Part shown: piece by piece, positions 24,396 through 35,784 of the stretch
Numbering within the stretch: position 1 is the stretch's first letter
Layout: each line of letters starts with the position of its first letter
NCBI GenBank assembly: GCA_964016885.1
Contig: OZ024744.1
Location: 89,342,001 to 89,406,000, forward strand
Source: Eledone cirrhosa
Lineage: Eukaryota
DNA: 64,000 nt
Direction of reading: 5' to 3'
The notes under the pieces: generated by a model
Told to the model about the DNA's origin: nothing
The model's database searches: none
Seen by the model: only the letters and a program-made list of their open reading frames with translations
Position numbers and translations under genes: made by a program

Positions 24396-26305
24396 TTACT
24401 TACCTTCCGGGGTCTTGTGAAGGTCGGGTGGTTCGACCTCCATGGTTTGTGGGGTTTCTTTTGGGAACCCCTTTAATAGTCTTGACGTGGGTTTTACGTT
24501 CGGGGTTCCCACATCCCGAGGAAAGCTCTTTCGAATTTCTTTGTATGAAGCGAGCGACATTCGCATCAGAAGCAAATTATCTGGTACGCGAAATGTGCTC
24601 GCTTCAAATGTTTCCCCGTCTTTTTCGATGTTTGTGCTTCGTGCTACATAGGCCATCAATTCCTTGTTGGCCCTTCTGGCAAGCACGAAGTTTTTAATGT
24701 TTTGTTGCTCGGGTTTTATTTGTTCGTGTGATTGTGGTGGTGATAGCTTTGTTAGTGTTGTTTCTATTGTGTCTGCGTTTGTTGTGGGTGGGGTGTCTGT
24801 AGTTTCTGATGTTTGTGTGTCTATTTGTTCTTGTGTCTGTTTAGCTTGTTTGCGTTTGGGGGATTTTGGTGGTTGTGTTGGTGATGCTGTGGGGAAAATG
24901 TTTGTGTGGGTGGTGTGTGTATTTTTTTTGTGGGGGTGTTTGTGCTTTGTGGATTTCTTTTTTTTTTGTGTTTTGTTTTTTGTATTTTGGGGGACTTTGG
25001 TTTTCCCTCATCTTCACTGCTGGAGGATGAGGGGTCTGTGGCTGTGAGCGTGTTTGTGTCTGAGTGAGTGTTTATGTTCTTGTTCGTGTGTGTATTTTGG
25101 GGGGGAGGGGGAATGGGAGAGCTTTCCTCGTTTCCCCCCTGGGTGTGCAATTTTGGTGGTTCCATTGTTGACGGTGTTGCTGGTGGTCCTTGTCCCGGCG
25201 TCGCCAGCAGTGGAATCTTTCGACCCCTTGCGCTTTTCGGCAGTTGAGGGCAGAAGGCTCGCAAGTGTGTCGTTTCCCCACAAAGGAAACAATGCGGCCT
25301 TTTGCCCTCAGTCATTATATGCAACACCCTCCCGTTTTGGAGGCGGATGTGGTCCGGGATTGCTTTTACGTTTTCGGGTCTGATTTGGAGCAGTATCTCC
25401 AGATCAACCCCGGACCATTCGTCCCTGGCAGTTCTCGTTGCCTCTACCGGGACTGTATCCGTTCCTTCCACGATTACGCAACCCAGGAGCCACCACATAT
25501 CAAGTCCTGGTGGAATCCTGGGAATGCGCACACGTGCTATTCGTTTTCCCATGTGGGAGGGGTACATTATGACCTTGCTGGTTTTGCAAGGGGTCATTGA
25601 ATGCTTCACAGCGAGGGCTTCAGACTTGAACAGCACCGAAACGGTGCCGTATTGCCTGCCCCTCTCTATGAAGTCTGTGTCCTCTCTGATGTATTTCAGT
25701 GCGGCTTCTATATCAGCTTGGGCGATTATCGCTGCCCTCTTTGTCTCTACTGAGATGCATCTGAAATGCACCGTTCTTTTTTCCACTGCCTCAATGGCTT
25801 CTGCCGGGACAGTTAAGTTTGCCCAGGTCTGCTCTTGATTTATGATTTTCCAGGCCTGGGCCAACTTTTCCTCTCTGTTGGTTAAGTCGATGCTGTAGCA
25901 TGGTCTCCTTTTAGCCGCTGCCACAGCAGCGAAGGTGTTCTTGTTGGTGTTGTCACTGTTGTTGTTCTTGTTGGTGTTGCTGCTGCTATTGCTGTTGTTG
26001 TTCTCCCCTGTGTCGTGGTTACCCTCTGTGCTGTTGGCCTTGTTGGTGCTGTTGCTGTCGCTACTATTACTCTCTGTGCTGTTCGTTTTGTTGGTGCTCT
26101 CGCTATTACCACCTTCTGCGCTGTTCGGCTTGTTGGTGTTGGTGTTGTCGCTGTTACCACCTTCCGCGCCGCTCGGCCCGTTGGTGCTGGCACTGTCGCT
26201 GCTCACACTCGTGCTGGTGGCGCTCCTCGCCTCACCTCTCCTCTCAACGCTCAAGTCGCCGTTGCACGACAGCAGACCCGCCTCTAGGGGGCGTGGCTCC
26301 GCCAT
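24396..26305 (-). CDS. Tx1 ORF1 (gag-like zinc knuckle), apparently split by a frameshift at an A10 run
   Basis: ATG (MAEPRP) at 26305; CFLCGETTHLRAFC. The 517-aa frame stops at 24821, while another frame appears open from ~24960 to 24396, 30 nt before ORF2. Confidence 0.75.
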
Positions 26306-26534
26306 GTTTTTTTGAGAAAAAAAATTATTATTTTTTCCAAAATAAAGTTCAAATATTTGGGCCAAAAGGCCCAAATATTATGAGTTATTCCTTCACAGGA
26401 TACAAATTAATGTCTTATAATGCTTCAGCGGTACAAAAAATAAACAATTCTCTACAATTAATCCTCAAAAAATTGCTTACTCACGGAGCTTCAAAAAACG
26501 TACATCCACTTTCGTCAATAATAATAATAATAAT

Positions 26535-27157
26535 ACTTTCTTTATTAACCACTAGGGTTTACACAAAGTAGACATTAAGGACAGTACAGGACAATACAGG
26601 ACGGTACAAATGGGCATTTCTGCGTGTAAAAAACAAAAACAGAGGATGTAACAAAAAAATAACAATGAAAAATTCCCCAATAGGGGGAGTCTTCCGAGGG
26701 ACATTTGTGAAGAAAGCTCATTAAAAGGCCACAGTGACTCTGTAATAATAATAATTATAATGATTTCTTTATTGGCCACAAGGGCTGACACCAAGAAAAA
26801 CATTACAGACGGCACAGGACGGTACAGGACGGTACAGGACGGTACAGGACGGTACGATGTGGGTTTTGTGCGTGTAAGGATTTTTATTATTTATATAAGA
26901 AAAGAAAAAAAGACATAGAAACACACAGATATATATATATAAACAATAAAAATGAAAATTGAAACAATGAAAAATTCCCCAATAGGGGGGAAACCTCCGA
27001 GGGTTACTCCTGGCGAAAACCACACAAAAGACCACGGCCACCCTGACCACCAGGGCAAGCGCCCTCTCTCAATTTTTCCATTTCTCAAACTACATGCGTA
27101 TGTTCACTCGGTCCATTCTCGCTACATTCACCCACCTTTCAACAAACTTGCTATTTA
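26535..27157 (-). mobile_element. Two 5'-truncated Tx1-like 3' stubs separated by (TAA)n
   Basis: Both start (plus) with TTTCTTTATT(AA/GG)CCAC; CACCCACCTTTC matches the ORF2 end. Similar stub at 49351-49423. Confidence 0.75.
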
Positions 27158-27189
27158 AATTGTAAAAATATGACCATAATTTTCACTAT

Positions 27190-27410
27190 GGTTTCTTACA
27201 TAGGCACAAGACTAGTGGGGGAGAGGAAAGTCGATTAAATCGACCCCAGTTCGTGACTGGTACTTTATTTTATCGACCCCGTGAGGATGAAAGCAAAGTT
27301 ATTTGAACTCAGATCATAAAGTGCCCGTAACATCTATGCTTCAAAGCATGGTGTCCGACTCTCTACTACTACTACTACTACCACTACTATTACTACCACT
27401 ACTACTACTA

Positions 27411-27452
<42 letters not shown>

Positions 27453-27493
27453 CACTACTACTACTACTACTACTATTACTACTATTACTACTA

Positions 27494-27531
<38 letters not shown>

Positions 27532-27570
27532 ACTACTACTACTACTACTACTACTAACTACTACTACCAT

Positions 27571-27627
<57 letters not shown>

Positions 27628-27802
27628 AAATAATGGGTGGTGGATTGGCAGTATCGGTAGAGAGTCGGACGCCATGCTTTGCAGCAGAGAATTACGGCAC
27701 TTTATGATCTGAGTCCAAATCCCGCCGTGGTTAACTTTGCCTTTCATCCTTATGGGGTCGATAAAATAAAGTACCAGTCACGCACTGGGTTCGATTTAAT
27801 CG
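27190..27802. mobile_element. Inverted SINE pair (27190-27362 -, 27635-27802 +) flanking a (TAC)n/(TGC)n tract
   Basis: SINE core on both strands; triplet repeat 27363-27627. Confidence 0.8.
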
Positions 27803-30103
27803 AGTAGTAGTACTAGTAGTAGTACTAGTAGCAACAGCAGAAGCAGCAGCAGCAACAGCATTAAGGGTAGGGTGGTGGGGGTGGAGGGGTGTTTGAATCC
27901 AAATTCTTTTCTAGGGTTTCTAGAAGTAAACACCGATTAAAAAATTTAAAGCATACGCACATACATGCAAACACATCGGCACACATACATACATATCATA
28001 CATACATACCATACATACTATACATACATACCATACATATATACATACATAGATACATACATACATACTATACATGATGGCTTCCCCCTCGTTATCGAGT
28101 ATGGCAATTGCACGATATACCATTATTAATAATTATTAATTAATTCTACCATGCAATGCCTGTGCGTGAAGATATTTTTTAAAGTGAGGAAAGACTGTGC
28201 ACTGAGCCAATCCCACTCTCTGAGCGACAGTAGCTATAACCCGAAAAGAAGAAAAGATCAACATCATCGGTAACTATTGAGCCGCAGGTTTTATATCGGA
28301 GTTATCCCAGTTTACTGAGTTCCCTTCTCCTAAAAGAAAGCCGTGACAAAGGCTAGGGGTCCTTTACTACCAGTTGTTTAACCTCGCGATCGGGTGTCCA
28401 ACCCGACTATTTCTATGTCCCTGCGCATATACATACACTTGCACCCATGCATATACACATATACATATACATACATATGTACACGTGTATATACATATCT
28501 ACACACTTTTAGATGGCCGTTGACTTTTATGAGTTCTTCCGCCCTTTGTCAGGTTTTGTTTTTGTCCTGCAGGGACATACATAATACATACATACATACA
28601 TACATACATACATACATACATACATACATACATACATACATAAATACAAATACAGTCAGACAACGCGATCAGTCGCATATTTTGGCGTGGGAGACTATTC
28701 ATTAAATTTAAGATGAATACTATCTCCGACAGTAATGCCACAACTACCAGTCATGTTGAATAACAGGATATTCTTCTAACTATATCTACTGAAGACACCT
28801 TTTATTCGAATTCGTAGAGATATCCGACTAAATACATAATTAATTTTAAAAGGATTTGCTACAAACAGCATGGCTGAACACAACATCAACAACAACATCA
28901 GTGAAGTACCGAAGAAAAACGAGATATGTAAACAAAATTTATTCAGTTGTAGCTACAGAAGAAACTGAAATTATAAATCGCATTTCTCTTGGAGTTGCGA
29001 ACTTAATGATGATTTATTTAATTGTTATAAAATGGCAAAAAACAATCCCTCCATTGGCTACATGAACAGAATGAAGCTACACTTGGACGAAATACACCCA
29101 GAACTAAATCACTTCACAGCGAAACAATTACGCCAACAAGCGACGTTTGTTGAACGTAAAAATAAGATAAATATTATTAATTGTAAGTCCCCCACAACAA
29201 ATATGGAATCAACAACACGTACTACAGGTCGCCATGCTACTAGACTTCCTAGCAGCCAGGTCGAACAGTGCCTTGAAACAACTATGCCTGTAAGAAATTT
29301 TACACCACGTGTCCCATTTAAGTCTACCTCGAATGCTGGGGAAAACACTATCGATAATAATAATAATCGAAGAAATAATAATAATAATCGAAGAAATTTG
29401 ACACCACGTGTACCATCCGAGTCTACCTCGATTATTGTGGAAAATACTATCGATAATGATAATAATGAAAAGTATAAACAATTGAAAATTTCCTTCAACA
29501 AAATCTTCCAGAGAGAAATTAATTCATGTATAAATATCTCTCTTGCTGAACGTATTAAAACGACAATGTTTAATAAAAAACCAAATAATTAAATATTACG
29601 TGTGATTGACGAAATAAGGGGGTGAATATTTACGACGGATAAAAACCTCCACATTTTGGCAAATCAACGCCTGTTTATATGCCTTAGCAACGACAGTGAA
29701 GTATTATCTTGGTGATAGCAGATATATTAACAAAAACAAAACACCACCAAAAATACCATCATCTATATTACTAAAACAGAGAATGTCGCTTTGTCTATCT
29801 GTCTGTGTGTACAATTACTAAAACTCCAGAGCCACCCATCCGATTGTTTTCAAACTTTACACATGTAATACTTATGCTCCTATTGAGTGTTCTGAACCAA
29901 AAAAATTCTAATTTTCAATGCCCTAGGGACCGCATTAGGCGATTTAGCGATCTCTTTCTCTCTCTCTTAGTCTTTCTCATATTAGATAGATACATAGATA
30001 TGACGTCGCGCCCTTATAATATCTGTTTGTATGCCTGACTGTCTGCATTACGTCATTATGACGCGATCAGTGTGTGCGTGTGTGTATGTATATATAGTGT
30101 ATA

Positions 30104-30150
<47 letters not shown>

Positions 30151-30206
30151 AGTGTGTGTAACGTTTTTCGAAATATTTACTTCTGCGTTCACAGATTTAT
30201 CATTTT

Positions 30207-30257
30207 AGTTTCAGAAGATCCCGTTAAGGGTGAAAGCAGCGATTCTTTGCTTAAACT
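30207..30257 (+). ncRNA. Hammerhead-like motif with variant CAGAAGA core
   Basis: AGTTT-CAGAAGA-TCCC gttaa GGGT-GAAA-GCA..TGC-TT^AAACT. Confidence 0.6.
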
Positions 30258-30273
30258 TTAATCTGTTATTTTA

Positions 30274-30351
<78 letters not shown>

Positions 30352-30356
<5 letters not shown>

Positions 30357-30511
30357 AACAAGTAAGACCCCGACGGCTGAGCTCAAGCCGTTTCGACGGC
30401 TTGAGCTCAGCCGTCGGGGTCTTACTTGTTCCTATTACCCACTCTACTACCCTAAGTATTGAGTACTTTCGTGCGTTATGGTCCACCTGGTTCCTTACCA
30501 CATTTCCTTCG

Positions 30512-30512
<1 letters not shown>
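30352..30512. mobile_element. Perfect 40-bp-arm palindrome plus tail in (TA)n
   Basis: Arms 30352-30391/30396-30435, loop TTCG. Confidence 0.75.
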
Positions 30513-30542
<30 letters not shown>

Positions 30543-30545
<3 letters not shown>

Positions 30546-32158
30546 TGCCCCGCAAAAGTTTACAACACATTAGGAAAAATGCGGTTTTAGGTATTTTTAA
30601 TAAAGTTAGGGTAATGAAAATTGAACTACTGTTAGAACATATAATGAGGCAGTTAATGATACAATCATATTTTTAAAAAAATAACAAGGAAATAACTCAT
30701 GAAGAAAAATCAATATTTATATAACGCAAAAGTTTACAACACATTTATTAAATCATCTCTTAATATTTCGTAGCGTAACCTTTGTTGCTAATTACAGCCT
30801 GTAGGCGTTTGGAGTAGCCTCCTACAAACTTCTTGCATGTTTCTTGGCTAATATTTTTTCCATTCTTCACAACAAATTTTCTTTAGTTCAGGGATATTTT
30901 GGGGTTTCCCTTTTTGAATTCTGAGTTTCAGTTCTCTCCACAAATTTTCGATCGGGTTAAGATCTGGAGACTGACTTGGCCATTTTAGAACATTTGTTCC
31001 ATTCGTACTTAACCAAGATTGTGTTAACTTTGCAGTATGCTTTGGATCGTTATCTTGTTGAAAAAACCAACTGGCTTTAAGCTGAGAGAATGTGCACTTT
31101 GATGTAAATTCCTTTGCAAAATACCTCTATCATAAACGCCACCCATTCTTCCTTCTATTATTTCAATATTTCCTACACCTGTGGCACTAAAGCAACCCCA
31201 GACCATGACTGATCCACCTCCAAATTTTACAGTTGGAATAGTATTCTTCAGCGAATATTCAGTACCTTTCTTTCTCCAGACTTTTGCCACAGCATTTCGA
31301 CCAAAAAGTTCAATTTTTGTTTCGTCCGACCAAAATACATCTTCCCAAAATGACGCAGGTTTGATGAGATGCTCATTTGCAAAGTTTAATCGACGAAGAA
31401 CGTGTTTCCTCGTAAGAAGTGGTGTTTTCCTTGGAGACCTCGAGAAGATATCATATCGATGTAGTGAACGACTAATTGCATCTGTGCTCATTTTTACTCC
31501 ACTTCCTTCTAGGTCATCCTAAAGATTTTTAAGAGTACACCGAGGTTCGTTGCTAACCTTTCTCGTCAATAATCGAGCTGCACGTTCCGTTATCTTTCTA
31601 GGACGACCAGTACTAATTAGAGGACAGATGGAATGATGAGATTTCCAGTGACGAATTATAGTACCAACTGAACTCAATGGCACATTTAACTGACAAGATA
31701 TCTTTCTATAACCAACACCATTTGTATGAAGGTCTACAATGCGTTTACGGAGGTCTTGATCAATCAGTTTATTTTTCCCCATATTGTCAATGTTTACAGG
31801 ACGATTGTCAATGTTTACAGGATGGTTGTCAGACAAATAATGACGTATGTTTTTAATTGTCCTTAGAAGTTACCTTAAACCTAATCTAGAACATTCTACT
31901 GAATTTTAAATCTGAAAATTTAAGAATTTTCTTGAAAAAAAAGCGATAAATATAAAATGTGTTGTAAACTTTTGCGTTATAAAAATATTGATTTTTCTTC
32001 ATGAGTTATTTCTTTGTTATTTTTTTAAAAATATGATTGTATCATTAGATGCCTAACTATATGTTCTATCAGTAGTTACATTTTCATTACCCTAACTTTA
32101 TTAAAAATACCTAAAACCGCATTGTTTCTAATGCGTTGTAAACTATTGCGGGGCACTG
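30543..32158 (-). mobile_element. Tc1-family DNA transposon, IR/DR type, disrupted transposase
   Basis: TA|CAGTGCCCCGCAAAAGTTTACAAC ~200-bp TIRs with inner DR; [39 protein letters not shown]; stop at ~31519, frameshift near 31065. Confidence 0.93.
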
Positions 32159-32164
32159 TATATA

Positions 32165-32620
32165 TAGGGCGAGTAAAATTCCTGAGATCCATGGACGAGT
32201 TCTCTCCAGCGGTATCTGTCCCTCATTATCGCTGCCATGTCCTGCGTCTCCAACAGACCAGTGTCTGTCCTTAGGGCATCAACATACGTTAACCTTGGTC
32301 TTCCTCTTCCAGTATATCCATGTAGGGGCTCCCACAGGAGCACTGAGTGCAATGTCAACTCTGGATGTCGGTGAGCATGTCCAGCTAACCTCAGTCTCCT
32401 CTGTGTCACTTTTGAGCTGACTTTTGGGAGGCTCCCATACAGCTCTGAGTTTTTTATCCTCAGTGTATACTGATTAATGTTCAGAGCCATCCTCAGCATT
32501 CTCGTGTAACACCCATCCACCATCTGAGTGAGTTTCTTGGTCAGTGTCCAAGTCTCAGACCCGTACAGCAGCACAGACTCCACTACAGCAATGAAGAGGC
32601 GGATTTTCAGGTCTTTACGA
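32165..32620 (-). mobile_element. RTE-like LINE 3' fragment
   Basis: [27 protein letters not shown]. Confidence 0.8.
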
Positions 32621-32629
32621 ATATAAATA

Positions 32630-32714
<85 letters not shown>

Positions 32715-33675
32715 TTATATATATATATATATATAAGTATTGAAGTTTCCGTTGAAAATTGAAAAAGTCAGAGGAATGAAGATTGCTCTATGTAAGTTAC
32801 AGAGATAAATATTTAATGTATAGTAAACAATACAATATAATTACCTCATTACCAAAGGTTTCCCGAATAAGACGAATACAAGAAACGACCGCATTCGTTC
32901 GTCAGACAAGGCAATTTAAAACATAGTGAAATATTTGAAAAATCTCCAACAACGGCAAAAAATAAATAAAAATAATAACACAGGAAATGTATAAGAAATA
33001 AAAATAAAGAAATGTAGTAAGGGGATGTGTGTAAATGTATGTATATGCACATACATATGTACATGTGTGTGTATGTACAACTGCATATGTATAGTGAAAA
33101 ATGTGTGCTTAAGTACATACATGAGGGCAAACATATTAGTGTATGTGTGACCACAAATACATATATATATATGTTGAAAATAGAAATTGTAAGATAATGG
33201 AGTTAGCGTACATACAGACTTAGGGACTAAGGATAGAAATATATACACATACAAGGATGAAAGGACGCTCCCGTATAAACATACACACACGCACATGTAT
33301 GTGATATATACAGGGAAGGGAGTGTATAAAGTCAACGCAGTGTCAGACGGAAGGTCGATACAAATATAAAATATGAAAATAAATGAAATAATATATAAGA
33401 TAAGAATAAAAATAAAAAATTAAGGCAAAGAGAAAGTAAATGGGAGGTGTTGTAATATATAAAGTAATATAAAAAATAAATAAAAAGTAGAAAAGATGCA
33501 TATACGCGAACAAGCTCATACACACATACATATATTATATATATACTTACAGACAAAATCATGTGCACAAAAACATACATAGACATACACGCATACATAC
33601 ATATACACGCATACATACATACATATACACATATACATACATACATGCACATCTATTCACACCCACGCACGCGAC

Positions 33676-33706
<31 letters not shown>

Positions 33707-34623
33707 GTGAAAACACTTATACGTAAACGCACACACACACACATGCACATACACACGCACACATACGAATGCGTTCGTATTCATATACAAACACGTATAC
33801 ACATACATGCACACATACGCATACATATATATAAAAAAAACAATCGTATGAATAATAATAATGGGTACAAAATATACGCAAATATACATAAATAAAAGCG
33901 GCTGAGGGACAAGGGAAAATATCTGGAGTTAAAAACGCAAGTGACAAGTGATGTCTGGTAGTGAAAGAAAAGGGGGAAGTAAAATAAATGTAAATAATGT
34001 ATAATTGTTAAGATATAAAGTTAATGAATCAAATAGCAGGGGGAGGGGGTCAATAGTGGATGTAAAGTAAAAATAAAAGATAAGTAAAACTGAATGAGAA
34101 GTCTATAAAAAAGGTAAGTTAAGGAAAGTGAAGGACAAGAGTTTATGGAGGATAAGTGTCTGAAAGTGAGTTAAGTTTATATGAGCTGGAAAGCAAGTGT
34201 GATTTCATGTGTGGGCAACTGGTGAAAATTTCTGTTTTTGCATTTAGGCAGGTTTTTGGTGATTTAAGGTTCTGTAAAATCCAATATTTTTCACTTATAC
34301 AGAGTGCGCATCTTCTTGTTCCTCTTGCGTATTCTTTAGATTGGTTCAAAATTGACCAATCTAATTTATATTGGATACCTTGGTCCTTCAAATCCCATAT
34401 TCTGCTAGCCAGAGCTGTTGTAAATCTTTTTTGAGGATGTCGGAAAGATGCGATATGTGAGTAATAACGCATTTTGAAATTTGTCTTGTGTCACACCCAC
34501 ATATCGTCCGCTGGTGACTGGTAGGTTGTTGCTGGTGGTTGTCACTTTGGCCTTATATACAATGGCTTTGGTGTTGCATTTACCTTGTAATGGGCATTCA
34601 CTTTTGACTCTAGAGGAGCAATT

Positions 34624-34625
<2 letters not shown>
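32715..34625 (-). mobile_element. Penelope-like element 3' part: GIY-YIG endonuclease, long 3' UTR, HHR
   Basis: CPLQGKC..IVYKAKV..YVGVT; R..H..SF; CALCISEK..LN.KTE..CPH at 34143-34620. Confidence 0.85.
32841..32914 (-). ncRNA. Type I hammerhead ribozyme in pLTR
   Basis: TTGCCTTGT-CTGACGA-ACGAATGC..GTATTCGT..-GAAA-CC ttt GG-TA^ATGAGGTAA. Confidence 0.75.
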
Positions 34626-34658
<33 letters not shown>

Positions 34659-34812
34659 AAATAGGATTTCGCTTCAAGCATAGCTTTATACAATATGTAT
34701 AAATGTTTTGTATCTCCTAAGAAATAAAGTTTTAGGAAGCAGTAGCTATGCAAACACCGGGGGGAGGGGCTAACGCCCTCTGGTGATGTCCAGCAGAAGC
34801 AAGGGGGACAAT

Positions 34813-34852
34813 CGTCTATGCATTTCAGGCTTAACTGGCCTTCGTCAGGACG
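34813..34852 (-). ncRNA. Type I minimal hammerhead ribozyme
   Basis: CGTC-CTGACGA-AGGC cagttaa GCCT-GAAA-TGCA-TA^GACG; 21-bp inverted copy at 34903-34923. Confidence 0.85.
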
Positions 34853-34920
34853 GTCCCTCCCACCGCTTGCGACTGCTGGAATAGAAGACAGCTGAGAATA
34901 GACCAGTTAAGCCTGAAATG

Positions 34921-35296
34921 CATCAAACAAAACACTATACACACACGCAAACGCATGCGCAGAGAAGACAAAAAAAATAGACAAATAAATAAATAAACAG
35001 ACTAAATAAAGATGGCGTAAGCATACAATGCAACAGGAGGAAAAATAATACCACCACTGACGATGTTGCAGATGTGCAACGAAAGAATTTTGATAGACTA
35101 TATATATGTGTTTGTGCCTATATTGTATCTGTATTTTTGACCGTTGGTCAGTCAATGGCAGCATTGAGGACCGAATATATTAAATTAACCGATATAAAAG
35201 ACACAGAAGCGAAAACCAACCAAACAGTGAGTGTGTTCTGTCATTAATTCTGGCAATACTATTACACAAATATGACCCTCCCCAAGTATAACAATA
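34921..35296 (+). mobile_element. PLE pLTR with HHR at ~35053-35094
   Basis: Matches 53287-53682; CTGACGA-T-GTTGCA gatg TGCAAC-GAAA. Confidence 0.75.
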
Positions 35297-35701
35297 TATA
35301 TATTATATATATATATATATATTATTATATATTATTATAATTATTGACAAACTAATCAAATTACTTCTCGAAAAACCTGGCATTTCGAGCCACTTTTTCT
35401 ATATAAAACAAGTAACATTCAGAGACCAACCAGATGTGAGAAAAACCACAGACCCTCCATCTCAACTCACCTTTTGAAAAGCAGAAGAACTGCGAAACCG
35501 GTAAAGGAACCAAATAAATATATATATTTTTTAAAAAAATAAGACTCCAGTTGCATTTTCGATTTCATCTCTTTTTCTTTATACTTTCACTCGTGTAGGA
35601 CACCTAGGTTATTTTTCATTTTGTAAAAAAAACCTCACTTTCTAATATATATATATATATATATATATTTTTATATATATTTTTATATATATTTTTATAT
35701 A

Positions 35702-35784
<83 letters not shown>

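Larger units (their letters stand above)
20694..26516 (-). mobile_element. Full-length L1/Tx1-clade LINE inserted in (TAA)n
   Basis: 5' UTR, ORF1, ORF2, 3' end CCCTTGTGGCCAATAAATGAAATC followed by (ATT)n; (AAT)n on both sides. Confidence 0.92.

Noticed and set aside
21144-26315. Plus-strand ORFs over the Tx1 element
   Set aside because: Antisense shadows without recognisable motifs.
26306-26374. Upstream extension of Tx1 ORF1
   Set aside because: Non-ATG start in the AT-rich UTR; ATG at 26305 preferred.
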